Source: a virus. From it: a stretch of 64,000 nucleotides of DNA. Positions within the stretch are counted from its first letter, which is position 1. Each line of letters starts with the position of its first letter. Positions 27,801-36,869 of this stretch are shown here, piece by piece. The DNA is taken from the IMG/VR virus record IMGVR_UViG_3300028829_006673; one strand, 5' to 3'. Position numbers and translations under genes: made by a program. The notes under the pieces were generated by a model that was given only the letters and a program-made list of their open reading frames with translations, was not told the origin of the DNA and searched no databases.

Positions 27801-28328
27801 GGTGTTGAAAAATGGGATGCTGGAAATAGTGTGTTCAAGGTTGATTCAACAGCAACTTCAAATTATTATTCAAGTACAAAATCATACAAAGTCACAGGTG
27901 ATGATTATGAAATTGAAAGTTTATCCATTATTGAAGAAACAGACTCTACATTGTTTGGAAATCCAGAATATCGTTATTTCTCACCTATTGTTACACTCGC
28001 AGATGATTTTGAAGCGATGCAATTATATGTTCAAATGGATGCCATTCTAAAAACAAGTGGTGAGATTTTTGTATATTATCGTGAAATTGAAAGCACAAAA
28101 ACTCTTGATGAAATTCGTGATAAACCATATCGTCGAATGTTCTTGAATACACATGTTTCGGATAAATATTCGAACAATGACCGATCAAGAACATTAGAAT
28201 TTGAAACTCAACGTCTCATATCAGAACCAAGATTTAAATATTTTCAAGTAAAAGTTTGTTTTACAAGTTTAAACTTTGTAGAGGTTCCAATTATTGAAAA
28301 TATTCGCATTTTAGCATTAGATAACTAA
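21819..28328 (+). CDS. Large baseplate/virion structural protein, VrlC/DUF4815-like (2169 aa)
   Basis: PYF...ILFKPGFPLQSAELITLQ, PGADRL, LARRTYEINGNFVV, GLAYVQGY, DTGQRDTFYD, LRNVLDFRP, YTMKDISKLQKRIENLE, RYKNGLLVDMF motifs; SD AAGGA. Confidence 0.88.
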   Translation: MAAPKTLIPKIQNSPYFIKNNGRQFSQILFKPGFPLQSAELITLQNIVNEQIRKFGNHIFKEEGSIVSSDVGLSFNENAPNCMLYSLTKKAVGIDAGNTLTFKDSATNIELFRGETIGVKDAFIEDGQVYPDMIGMKKTEQFQYPFAGTVVDVFRDDFGVETKVATLSSNEGFLGRYCSIGDTIFYMTGYFVQIQPENFIYWVDESKKLDVEVGVELMWEIVDISHEIYGESLFDPAENAYNENSPGADRLLLTLKLTKHDLGYVQEETDWKFLPLLKFENNRLIYRLKYPTYSVLGETLARRTYEINGNFVVDDFKLNISSDAILPGEHTVSNYTVQNSEETYWKIAGLNTEYLKLTEGNYLMFGEDDENYHRLLKIVDITDDFNMTVSDIHYDDFYETNAEKFNIANYGSGGKTLVLRDESKLNYILYEGLAYVQGYRFEKEFITQLIDDKARNTESKSLTTKPNEHYFELEYDRNNFIPNNYIHTEHHLLFNQLEKVDLHCTKNKEFFTLDIQQAVGFNPLWSPQSPGDTLQIDGALFLNIDGSTRYQILKYTKNQADGLPQDNSDHNMLLNGSATPLLYNLNKIERYVETPYQNHSPSNYIALSSSVNRAAITDAPNNIVTFTQMGGGDYNTLGYKENDLIVVEDALGSYVYGIIDDIPTGNPTTMTVKTYISNITDGADYNLIRPAESVYYNRQYKSTKIGEIRATSVSSSHPERFHYSHYNLNSNVKTIPVFSVDLTNDSFSSLSLDVSFADEVYTGMKIYDGVQEFVIESYDGKTQTFKLSGVTPDNPITFSQSNQLYIIADFNNVHSIVKSSYLNGKEFKGNIRRTSIDTPIARTPDGTQQKFKKLIDSLEGEVKSVTVDDYSIFFQKVLNTTGANQQDFNFNISGGNFQSTYSIGTDKTRVYAGNDILDPNNTSTILYHQGENIPLISADIVSNDFNIKLAKGINTGDKIIVHAEIPIDINTSPLRTKNLKMTDTSTNVDAFNAKVLTNGTYIGVGNDLTTPDGRIHANGSFELKYSDVYRIKKVEIAPGKTVSNATNAHYIDMTSYFTLDTGQRDTFYDHGRIVLKPYLQLPPIASATPNYAIRVIYEYFEPGAGHYFTVNSYTDIHYRFIPTYVDPKNQKFPLRNVLDFRPVRQPIGHPSNLEYDQEQNIISDIDVDFEYYKNENKIISIDGNGSSELEMNYKNVIDYKETEYNIKLYDVKIPAYTFDFKDVEYKMIDNKNYTMKDISKLQKRIENLEDIAQLNSLELQAIQTKLVNSDGDPRYKNGLLVDMFAGYTVADVSEDGFSASIDLNTMKMYPAFKSENAFLHVPTRLSANFPAIKKNIAYLPIQSHLVVGNNWDASMGVISAQLSHINGKFTLYPFSDIWYSQEKGALPLRNEDNQYKNWNELLAFAHGTQWNDWEQFIYGVETDEKDIPLQNATLSQKTGSMVNNKNNIEKIVGNRKINKTLNYFVREKRVGFVFENIQPSGANDVYEIRINGKRPTTLEGNRIEFEHTGNISVDYFKSIYQGYEISSNVVGGTARGTIRHIEHVNGKIFYLYVTNMSPYLFDASKLINELNGTVKSVHTYTPLFKPDAEKNILCGDFTIEGNSIPYDTVFDVQLHNITQNRIEGSSKFYAKGLIETKSSHCHSIRPVTKKMYLDQDTDTPYIEDRTYVTNATTRIPSPLHQPFVLPRSQFISKIDIEVDQSTVNTESSFVVAIQPLVNSNLSPSLVLPFSEQVVRVPANYAGTITVNFDVPIFITADKDYAFTLRGTRHDNHTSIRLSSQPTDSVFFENCFAAGDLTQAIKKIGYLVKMKIYAAQFDTTSTKEMMLKIYDPSFAMFADRSCLNMNTLFLNGTDIKYFWKARNWDSPMKDVYYIQTPANKTEIHEKRKAITLSDYELKVQMKSSDPYITPMIDLERASLTAIQHGINNGALTADKISGNGTRTGGFTDPLRITLTEIDPANVYTPISSFEFDLVGNVSNFYSDPNMLVYNNRVNIGVEKWDAGNSVFKVDSTATSNYYSSTKSYKVTGDDYEIESLSIIEETDSTLFGNPEYRYFSPIVTLADDFEAMQLYVQMDAILKTSGEIFVYYREIESTKTLDEIRDKPYRRMFLNTHVSDKYSNNDRSRTLEFETQRLISEPRFKYFQVKVCFTSLNFVEVPIIENIRILALDN

Positions 28329-28337
28329 GGAGGTAGT

Positions 28338-31300
28338 TTGCCCGTTCTCAATGTAAAGCCGCAAAGTATAGATGCAGGACCTTGTAGACCACCACGACGT
28401 ATATCAGTAAGTTTACGAGACCATCATCAAACATGGTTGGCTAATTATGAAGAAATTCGTGAGGAGGTCAATAAAGCAACCTGTCACGCTGAACCAAGAA
28501 CAATTGTATATCGTAATGAACATGGTTCTTTCGGCGCAAATATTGTTTATATGGAAGAACTTGCTTTAGGAACATCAAATCCCTATGCGAGTGGTGCTTC
28601 ACTTCCAATCACCTTAAATTCTACAGAGTTTCGCACATCACCTGGTGTGACAATGACCGTTGAAGGTCCGGCAAACTTTTCAAATAATGTCAATTTTTCA
28701 CCAACAAGTGTTACTACATTTGATGGTAAACTCATTTCAAATAATAATGCTGTTTTTAATGATCAAGTTGACTTTTATGGTCTCACAACCTTTCACCCCT
28801 CCAGTATTTTACAAGTTGATGGTCTAAGTTATTTCACTGAAGATGTGACAATTGATGCTGATGTTGATATGACCGGAGATTTTGACCTGACTGGCGACAT
28901 GCATCAAGTAGGAAATACTTGGATTGATGGCAATTTAGATATAGGTGATGACCTGATTGTTCGTGGTAATCTTTCTGTTCTTGGTGACCATTCAACATTT
29001 GAAGTGAGTGACCTGAAAGTTGAGGATAAAAATATCATTGTGAATCATGGAGCACCATCTGCTTCAACAGATGCTGGTATCTATATTCAACATCTTGTCG
29101 ATCCTTTTGCGGGATACTATAAAGTTGATACAATGTCAACTGATTATCTCACAATGAAGGCGCCAACTGCCTTTGAGATGAAAATTGATATACCAATTAA
29201 AGATGTTAACTTTCGTTTAGAGTCAGATTTCGCCGCTGACCAAGAACTTCTCACAACATCAGATGTAGCGTTTCGCTCACTTCTTCTTGACAAATCATAT
29301 ACAAGACATTCTGATGTTCCTAGTTATACACAACAACATGATCCAATTGCGAAAGATCGTGGATGGTTGTCTACACCTTGGGTCTACACAAATGCTGTTG
29401 AATCAAATGATAATTTACTTGATGCGAATACAACCGGTCTTTACATGGGAACAACATCCTTTACACTAAAGGATGAAATTGCTTTGTATTCTCATGGTGA
29501 CCATAAAATGTTTATTGACCATTTTGGTAATATTGGTTTTGGCACAAAAAGACCAATATCAAATTTACATTTATATGACCGTAATCCTTCGTTCACTTTA
29601 ACTTCAAAAGATTATACATCAACTGCTAAAATCGACTTTACCGATCCAACAGAACAAGTTGATGATTCTGGTATGTATTTTCAATATGACACGCAAACAG
29701 GATATGGATTACTTGAAGTCACTACACAAAGTCCTTTTACTCAGTTTGCAATCTCGGTTGGTGGGTATCAAAAACAACCCGAATTGGTGATCACAGATTC
29801 AACAATTACTTTTTATGATGATGTTGAAATTTATGGTAATGCTTATGTTCAAGATGAATTAGTTGTTGATAATACTTTATATGTTCGTTCAGCAATCAAT
29901 AAAGTAGGAATCAATGTTGTTTCACCTTTATACGCATTGGATGTTTCAGGAACTATTCGTGGTGATAGTGATGTAATTTTAGATGGAAATGAACCTTTTA
30001 TTTTGGTTGGTCCCTCAATCACTGCTCTTGAACCAATTGGACGAAGTGGTCTTCACATTGAAGAAAATAGCCCTTTGGTTGAATTAGCAACAACATCAAA
30101 CAATTATCGACATGGTTCAATTTTATACTTCAATGACCAGGGACATGACAAACATTGGTCTGTAGGTACTGTTCTGAACGGTCAAGCAATTGATTTTGGT
30201 AAATCTCATGGTTCAGGCATCAACACACCAGAATATGGATTAGATGAATATCATGGGCAAACATTCCTAAGAGTCGATGATTCAGATCGAACTCATTGGT
30301 TCCTTGAATCGACAAATTCAAATCCAGCAATGAGATTGAATACAAGAACAAATGGTATTCATCTTTATCTAGGTGAAAAGGATGAAGTATATGATTCAGA
30401 CCAAACAGATAATAGTTACCTAAGAGATACAACACCTTACACTGATACGGATTTTAGTTCGAGCATTCAATGGCATGGTAATCATGCTGACAGCACTATT
30501 GGTGAACTTACATATTTTCCAAATGGAAATGATGATTGGGAATTTGGTTCTTTCCGTTTTTCACGAACAAATGGTACAGTCAACACTGGTCATCCTTCAG
30601 CAAAAGTTGGTGTTGAGCAATTGTATGCTCATGACAAGATAGCCGTCTCCAATACAGCACCAACGGCAGAACTTCACATCACGAAAGATGTGAGTCAGAT
30701 ACGACAGGAAACTGAAGATAATGAGAAATATTTTCAAGTTGATGTTGATACAAGCAATATTATTTTGACAGGAAATAATTCAACACAATCAACTTATTTC
30801 CAAATGTCGGCAATAAATCCAGCACAACTTCTGTTAGTTTCTCAGGGAACACACAAGTCTGAAATCTTTGTTGACAAAGTTACAGATAATCTAAGATTAG
30901 GTTTTGATGGTGCTGTAGCAAATTCAATGCTTGAAGTTTTTGAAGACAATGTTCATTTAACATTTCACAATCCTCAATCATTTTCATCATTAGATATACA
31001 TGAAGATGATTTGTATCTTGAGTTTCAAAATCCAATTGCAAATTCAATTCATGAAGTAACAAACGATACAGTCAAGACAAATTGGTCAAACACAAAATCA
31101 AAAGTTCGTCATCTAACAGATACAAATCAAACTGAGTATCAAATTACAAGACCTGATATTTCATATCATATGCATATGGAAGATACAAAGGTCGCCTTTC
31201 AAGATTTAAAAACTTTAACTCTTGAAAACTATTTTGAATTTAATGATTCACTTAAGTTCGTTGAAAAATATAATCGTGGTTATGACTTTGAAAGTTACTA

Positions 31301-32753
31301 CAAGATGGATATTGGCGCATTGTCAATTGAAAAATTTGAACAAACCGTTCATACAAAAAAACGAACTTGGATGGATGAATCAAATTATCAAATTGAAGAA
31401 CAGCTTAGAATTGATGATTTAGCAAGTAAGAATACCCATGAAAATAAATTTTTACATATAGACTATTTTGAAAATCATATGTCCATGAATGATGATGAGA
31501 TGATATTATTCATGGACACTTCAGAAAGTAAAATACATCAATCAAGAAATTCAACTCAAGAATTTATTGAGTCAATCATTAATGCTTCTGAAAATTCAAT
31601 TCAGTTAAAAAGAGGAGCCGCTGGAGCAGAACACAAAGTTTATTTGAAATTAGATAGTAGTGGAAATTTTCTTGAAGAATGGGTGACACCTGACTCATAC
31701 ATGAAAAAAGAGATGACAACACTTGGTGTCATCACAGAATCATTCTCTGATACTGCGGGAACAGGTGGAACATATTATTTCAAGCATCATACTCATCCAA
31801 TTTATACTGTGACACATGATCATTTTCATATGCACAGCACAACAGAATTTGATGAGGATGTAGAGTTTCATAATCCAATTACAATCAATAATGGATTTAC
31901 CTTTCCACAAAATAATGGAAGTGATAATCATATAACATTTGATATGTCGAGTGCTGAAGCAGGTTCAAACCACTCAACAACAAACAATAATTATATCAAG
32001 TGGACAATTAACAGTGCCGAATATTCATCAATACGAATGGCAACAGGCGGTAGTTTCACTTGGGGAGATACTGCAGAACCCGTAGACTCTGAGCGATTAG
32101 TCTTTGAAATTGGTACAAATGGAACAGAAGGATTTGAATTCAAACAGAACACAAAGCAACTTTTCTTTATTGATCAGAATCATCTATTAGCAAATGTGCC
32201 CATTCGTCAATCACATCAGGGCAATCTCATTGAATATCAAGATTCGAATAAATGGCTTCTCAAATATGAAAATGCGGATGATGGTCTGTATTGGAATAAA
32301 GCTGGTGGTAGTTATAGTTTTTCAAACGTACCTCAACTTGGTGAATATACAAATCCTGAAAATGAAGCAAATCAATATGTCTTTGTTCAAGGTGGAACAC
32401 CAAAAGCGGCTATTGATTTAGATACAGGTTCTTTCCGAACAGCAGGAGATGTTGTTGCGGATAATGACATCATTGGTTTCGTCACATCTGATATCACATA
32501 TAAAGAAAATATTCAATCGTTTGAGAATCCTTTGAAAATGATTGACAGTATTCGTGGTGTGAGTTTTGATTGGAAACAAAATCCATCTGGTTATTCTGGA
32601 CATGATGTTGGTGTGATTGCTCAAGAGATCGAGCAGATTATACCAGAAGCAGTTCGCACCGGAGGATATGGTCAGAAGCAAGTCAACTACGAAAAGATTA
32701 TACCATTGTTGATTGAATGTATCAAAGAACTCAAAGCAAAAATTGGTGAGTAA
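28338..32753 (+). CDS. Tail fibre with C-terminal peptidase S74 intramolecular chaperone (TTG start)
   Basis: Strong SD AAGGAGG before TTG; LxVxGNLSVLG..T...V..L.VEDKNI..N repeat; GNIGFGT; C-terminal SDITYKENI...RGVSFDWK...GVIAQEIE.IIPEAV...VNYEKIIPLLIECIKEL. Confidence 0.9.
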   Translation: MPVLNVKPQSIDAGPCRPPRRISVSLRDHHQTWLANYEEIREEVNKATCHAEPRTIVYRNEHGSFGANIVYMEELALGTSNPYASGASLPITLNSTEFRTSPGVTMTVEGPANFSNNVNFSPTSVTTFDGKLISNNNAVFNDQVDFYGLTTFHPSSILQVDGLSYFTEDVTIDADVDMTGDFDLTGDMHQVGNTWIDGNLDIGDDLIVRGNLSVLGDHSTFEVSDLKVEDKNIIVNHGAPSASTDAGIYIQHLVDPFAGYYKVDTMSTDYLTMKAPTAFEMKIDIPIKDVNFRLESDFAADQELLTTSDVAFRSLLLDKSYTRHSDVPSYTQQHDPIAKDRGWLSTPWVYTNAVESNDNLLDANTTGLYMGTTSFTLKDEIALYSHGDHKMFIDHFGNIGFGTKRPISNLHLYDRNPSFTLTSKDYTSTAKIDFTDPTEQVDDSGMYFQYDTQTGYGLLEVTTQSPFTQFAISVGGYQKQPELVITDSTITFYDDVEIYGNAYVQDELVVDNTLYVRSAINKVGINVVSPLYALDVSGTIRGDSDVILDGNEPFILVGPSITALEPIGRSGLHIEENSPLVELATTSNNYRHGSILYFNDQGHDKHWSVGTVLNGQAIDFGKSHGSGINTPEYGLDEYHGQTFLRVDDSDRTHWFLESTNSNPAMRLNTRTNGIHLYLGEKDEVYDSDQTDNSYLRDTTPYTDTDFSSSIQWHGNHADSTIGELTYFPNGNDDWEFGSFRFSRTNGTVNTGHPSAKVGVEQLYAHDKIAVSNTAPTAELHITKDVSQIRQETEDNEKYFQVDVDTSNIILTGNNSTQSTYFQMSAINPAQLLLVSQGTHKSEIFVDKVTDNLRLGFDGAVANSMLEVFEDNVHLTFHNPQSFSSLDIHEDDLYLEFQNPIANSIHEVTNDTVKTNWSNTKSKVRHLTDTNQTEYQITRPDISYHMHMEDTKVAFQDLKTLTLENYFEFNDSLKFVEKYNRGYDFESYYKMDIGALSIEKFEQTVHTKKRTWMDESNYQIEEQLRIDDLASKNTHENKFLHIDYFENHMSMNDDEMILFMDTSESKIHQSRNSTQEFIESIINASENSIQLKRGAAGAEHKVYLKLDSSGNFLEEWVTPDSYMKKEMTTLGVITESFSDTAGTGGTYYFKHHTHPIYTVTHDHFHMHSTTEFDEDVEFHNPITINNGFTFPQNNGSDNHITFDMSSAEAGSNHSTTNNNYIKWTINSAEYSSIRMATGGSFTWGDTAEPVDSERLVFEIGTNGTEGFEFKQNTKQLFFIDQNHLLANVPIRQSHQGNLIEYQDSNKWLLKYENADDGLYWNKAGGSYSFSNVPQLGEYTNPENEANQYVFVQGGTPKAAIDLDTGSFRTAGDVVADNDIIGFVTSDITYKENIQSFENPLKMIDSIRGVSFDWKQNPSGYSGHDVGVIAQEIEQIIPEAVRTGGYGQKQVNYEKIIPLLIECIKELKAKIGE

Positions 32754-33700
32754 TGGAAAAAATTCAGGTATTCACGCCTTATACAGAAGCTAATCATCAT
32801 GCTTTACCTTTATTCGGTCATCCTTACATAAAAGCAGAATGGCTTCCTTCTTATCCAGGTGTGATTGAATTTTGCAAAAAACATTTTAGTTATGGACTTA
32901 CAACAGATTCAATCATGTTTTTTGCCGGACCTGTTGGTCATAAAGAATATATTATGGGTAATGATAGTCACGATATACTTATGCAATACTTAGGTGAAAG
33001 AAAGATATATGCTTTTACCTATAATACTCTTGACCGTAAATATCCAGATGATGATGTTGGTGGTGATGATTTTTATTATGAAGATTTGATTTCTTATCAA
33101 ACTTCAATGTATAAATCGGACAAAAGAAAAAATCAATATCCACTTCCTTGTTTCATGATAGACAAATTTGAAGGAAATTATTACTTAGGACCAAAAAGTA
33201 TTTTCTGGAGGGGTAATAATAATTTTGGACGATTACTACCGCTGACGGTAATTGAATCGACAAAATATAAAAAAGATTTCACAATTACAAAAATAGATGA
33301 TGCTTTTCTTGATGAAGATAAAAGAATATTTTTAACAGAAATGACAAATAATTTATTTTGTTTTTGTATTCGTGGAGGAGCAAATTTTTGTCGTAGATTT
33401 TATGAAACAATTATGATGGGAAGAATACCTATTTTATTTCAGAGTGACCGTTGTTTTATTTTTGAGAATTATGGAGTTAAGTTAGAAGATATGGGAGTAG
33501 TTTTAGAATATGAAGAAGCCACGTTTGATCCAAATATATTCGACAAAGAAAAGTTAGTTAAAGAATTTGAAGATCAAATTGATTCTTGGATTATATCACA
33601 TAACTTAGATCATGTTCAAAGATATAATCGTCATATCTGGGAAACATACTGTTCTCCTTTAGGATTTCTAAAAACCTTTTATAACTCATTGGAAAAATAA
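32753..33700 (+). CDS. Exostosin-like glycosyltransferase (GT47)
   Basis: FCFCIRGGANFCRRFYETIMMGRIPILFQSD matches the GT47 signature FxLxPRGxGxxSxRxYExLxxGxIPV; TAATG overlaps at both ends. Confidence 0.75.
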   Translation: MEKIQVFTPYTEANHHALPLFGHPYIKAEWLPSYPGVIEFCKKHFSYGLTTDSIMFFAGPVGHKEYIMGNDSHDILMQYLGERKIYAFTYNTLDRKYPDDDVGGDDFYYEDLISYQTSMYKSDKRKNQYPLPCFMIDKFEGNYYLGPKSIFWRGNNNFGRLLPLTVIESTKYKKDFTITKIDDAFLDEDKRIFLTEMTNNLFCFCIRGGANFCRRFYETIMMGRIPILFQSDRCFIFENYGVKLEDMGVVLEYEEATFDPNIFDKEKLVKEFEDQIDSWIISHNLDHVQRYNRHIWETYCSPLGFLKTFYNSLEK

Positions 33701-36700
33701 TGGCAGTTACGGCTTCTATAGTTATTACAGGTGCTACTTGGAATGCCTCCGGTTCAGTTTATGTAGTTGATGATCCTACAGTAGGAGTATCAATAACTGT
33801 TAGTTTTAGTGGAATAGAAGGAGGAAGTGAAGGTGATGCTATGGGAAGGGCGGGGACAGAAAATTTCGTAGTAAACAGAGCATCGGACAACAAACAGATA
33901 GTTAAAGTTAACTCAGCAACTTACCAGTATGTTTTACCAGGTACAGACAAATATAAATTTCGACCAGGAGTACAAACCACACACGATGGATGGAGACAGG
34001 GTAATTGGACATCGTACTATACAAATTCACCACCTGATTCAATACCACCTACAATTTCAGGACCAAGTTATTCTGCTAGCGATGTTGCAGTAGTAGGTTC
34101 AGACCTTTATTGTAAAACTAGTTCAATCACAGTTACTTACACGGGATCTGATACTGGAGGTTCAAGTCTTGCTGGAATTTCGATTGATGGTGGTTCATTA
34201 CAATCAAGTCCAGCATCAAAAACATATACAGTAACAGGAGACTTTACAACTACAGCATACGCAAAAGATGGTGCGGGAAATCAGTCAGGATCAGTTTCGA
34301 AAGCTTTCAAAAAAGATAACATAGCGCCTACTATTGATATAGATTGTACAGTATCATCATCGGTACCAACCGGAGCTAGTTATAATGAAGTTACAGATTC
34401 TGCTGGGGCTATTCGTATCACAATTAATGATACAATGTCTGGTCCAAAAGAATTCGAGTATACTCATAAATTATATGAAATAGGTTCGGATGGTCTTTCA
34501 CTAGGCTCTGAAAATGCAAGTTCACCTAAAGTTCCTTGGACTGTACATACAGGTAATACATTAGATATTCCACTTGATCCTGACTATTTGAACTTGGTTG
34601 AAGTTCGAAATGCAAAGGATATGGCTGGTAATCCATCAGCTGGAACTGCTCAGTCACTCTACTATATGGTGGTACAATCAAGCCCTCCAATGCCTACGGT
34701 ACTACCTCCCGCAGTTACGATAAATGCTGGCTGTGCTGGTGGTAATGATTTTTGGATATATGGTCCACCAAACACACCCACAACTGGCTATGTTCATTTT
34801 CAAGATTTACTTGTTTCACCAAAATTTAAGCAAAAAATTCAATCAATATATGGTTTATCGGCCAGTGATGTAGGTCCTTTTGTTGATAAACTTTTAGATT
34901 GGCCATCATGGATTACAAGTGCGGACAGACGTAATGATACAGGATTACATTCTGGATTAGGCGCTGGTGATTATCCTAATTTGGGTCCTGGTGAAAATCA
35001 GGCAACAATGCCTCCTTCAAGACCATTTGACTGGACCTCAATTGGTTGGGGCGGACGACCATGGCTTAATTTAGATGTTTATGGAGGTCCTATCGTCACA
35101 ACTTTTAACGATGGAAAACATAGTAATTTTGATGCGATTGGTATGGGTGGAGGTCCAGGATCAGCACCATGTTCATCAAATAAACGTGCTGATTATAATT
35201 CTGGTTGGTATTCAGGTCTTTATGGGCGTGGTGCGAATGGTTCAAGACAATTTACTGCTGTTTGGTTAGGAACAAAAAATAATTCTACATATATGCCTGG
35301 TCCTGTTCAAGACCATATGTATCAATATGGTCATATGTGGGGCTACAGCACTCATGGTGGTTGGTGGTCTGGAAAAAGTGGTATTCGTGGTCGTGGTCAT
35401 GATTGGGATGGTAACACAAGTCATGCTCACCGCAGAAGAGATGATTTTATTATCGAAGCTATACATGCTTGGAGTCCAGGAACAACATATCCTAGCTTTG
35501 CTGGACATGGTTTAGCTAATGGACCATGTGGGTTTGATCGATGGCTTATTCAGATGGGAATTGATCCTGTTCCCGGTCAACCAGGATACTTTAAACTACT
35601 TGATTGTGTTCCACCTACAATACATAAGTTAGATGCTAGTTCAAAACTTGTTACTGCTGGAAATGGTAAAAGATATTATATCGATTATCCATTGACAAAT
35701 CATGTTTGTCACTTTAAAGTAAATGCTGAAGATAATGAGTATGGTTTAGATTATGCTGTTTTCACAAAATACAAAAAAACTTTAGGTGATTCTAGTTTTA
35801 CAGTAGATGGTGTTCCTGAAACAATAAACTTTGCGGGAGAACAAGATCTAAAAGTCAATTCAGCTTCCGTTATGATTGATACGCAAGGTATGGAAGAAGT
35901 TTATGTTGATGTAGAAGTTTTTGATAAAGGTGGTAATTCAACAACAGAAACAATGTCAGCCCAAGTTATTTCCATTGATGATGCGGATCCTCAGGGTGGA
36001 CCTGGTTGGTCTGGTAGTGGTGCTACAACAACTGGACCCACCACTAATATTCAAACACCAGGACTTCGTTTAGAAAACATACCATATATGGTTGGATCAA
36101 AGCCATATTGGAATTCAAAAGAAGTTGATATTTTCATTGAATATGGTGATGAATATTCTGGTATTGCTGAAGCTAAATTGTATATCAATGGCTCTCATGA
36201 ATCTACGGTCACATTACCACCTACACAAACGGCTATTCTACATGCTCAAATACACCATATTTCAAATAGCAATCTACGAGAAGGTATCAACAATTGTCAA
36301 TTGTGGCTAAAAGATTTGGCTACAAATGAATGGTGGTCTGCAACTTTAGACTTTTATATTGACATGACAGATCCGGATGCTTATCTGGAATTTTCTTCAC
36401 CTCAACTGACAATACGAGAAAATAATGGTAAACTCTGGACAAAAGAAAATAATTTAAATGTTGATTTATATTATGGTGATCCAGGACCTGATCCTTCAAC
36501 AGTTGATGCGGGAGCAACAGATGTAAACAATATACCATCAAACCTAAATATGCCTCTATCTGGTAATCAAAAGATGGGACATAATCAAGGTGGGTTGACT
36601 GTAGGTAAGAATGATATCTATTTCAGTGTAAAAGATAAAGTAGAGTGGGAAGAGGATGGCGCCGGAAGCGGTCCTATGACTACTGATAAAATTACAGTTT

Positions 36701-36843
36701 GGGTTGACCAAACGAAACCAACTGGGTCAATTGTAAGAAATTCAGGGCAGTATGTTAACTTATATGGTGGCCTTGAATACACAAATACAACAAATTTTAA
36801 TGTTGACTTAACACATGATGATTCAGAATCAGGATTATTTTAA
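33700..36843 (+). CDS. Ig-like repeat virion/adhesin protein (part 1 of chain A); ends mid-domain
   Basis: Repeated DxxxP...D..SG...D.AGN units; G/W/H-rich insert; terminates at DDSESGLF. Confidence 0.75.
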   Translation: MAVTASIVITGATWNASGSVYVVDDPTVGVSITVSFSGIEGGSEGDAMGRAGTENFVVNRASDNKQIVKVNSATYQYVLPGTDKYKFRPGVQTTHDGWRQGNWTSYYTNSPPDSIPPTISGPSYSASDVAVVGSDLYCKTSSITVTYTGSDTGGSSLAGISIDGGSLQSSPASKTYTVTGDFTTTAYAKDGAGNQSGSVSKAFKKDNIAPTIDIDCTVSSSVPTGASYNEVTDSAGAIRITINDTMSGPKEFEYTHKLYEIGSDGLSLGSENASSPKVPWTVHTGNTLDIPLDPDYLNLVEVRNAKDMAGNPSAGTAQSLYYMVVQSSPPMPTVLPPAVTINAGCAGGNDFWIYGPPNTPTTGYVHFQDLLVSPKFKQKIQSIYGLSASDVGPFVDKLLDWPSWITSADRRNDTGLHSGLGAGDYPNLGPGENQATMPPSRPFDWTSIGWGGRPWLNLDVYGGPIVTTFNDGKHSNFDAIGMGGGPGSAPCSSNKRADYNSGWYSGLYGRGANGSRQFTAVWLGTKNNSTYMPGPVQDHMYQYGHMWGYSTHGGWWSGKSGIRGRGHDWDGNTSHAHRRRDDFIIEAIHAWSPGTTYPSFAGHGLANGPCGFDRWLIQMGIDPVPGQPGYFKLLDCVPPTIHKLDASSKLVTAGNGKRYYIDYPLTNHVCHFKVNAEDNEYGLDYAVFTKYKKTLGDSSFTVDGVPETINFAGEQDLKVNSASVMIDTQGMEEVYVDVEVFDKGGNSTTETMSAQVISIDDADPQGGPGWSGSGATTTGPTTNIQTPGLRLENIPYMVGSKPYWNSKEVDIFIEYGDEYSGIAEAKLYINGSHESTVTLPPTQTAILHAQIHHISNSNLREGINNCQLWLKDLATNEWWSATLDFYIDMTDPDAYLEFSSPQLTIRENNGKLWTKENNLNVDLYYGDPGPDPSTVDAGATDVNNIPSNLNMPLSGNQKMGHNQGGLTVGKNDIYFSVKDKVEWEEDGAGSGPMTTDKITVWVDQTKPTGSIVRNSGQYVNLYGGLEYTNTTNFNVDLTHDDSESGLF

Positions 36844-36869
36844 TGCCAGCTAAATTTTTAAGGATTTAA

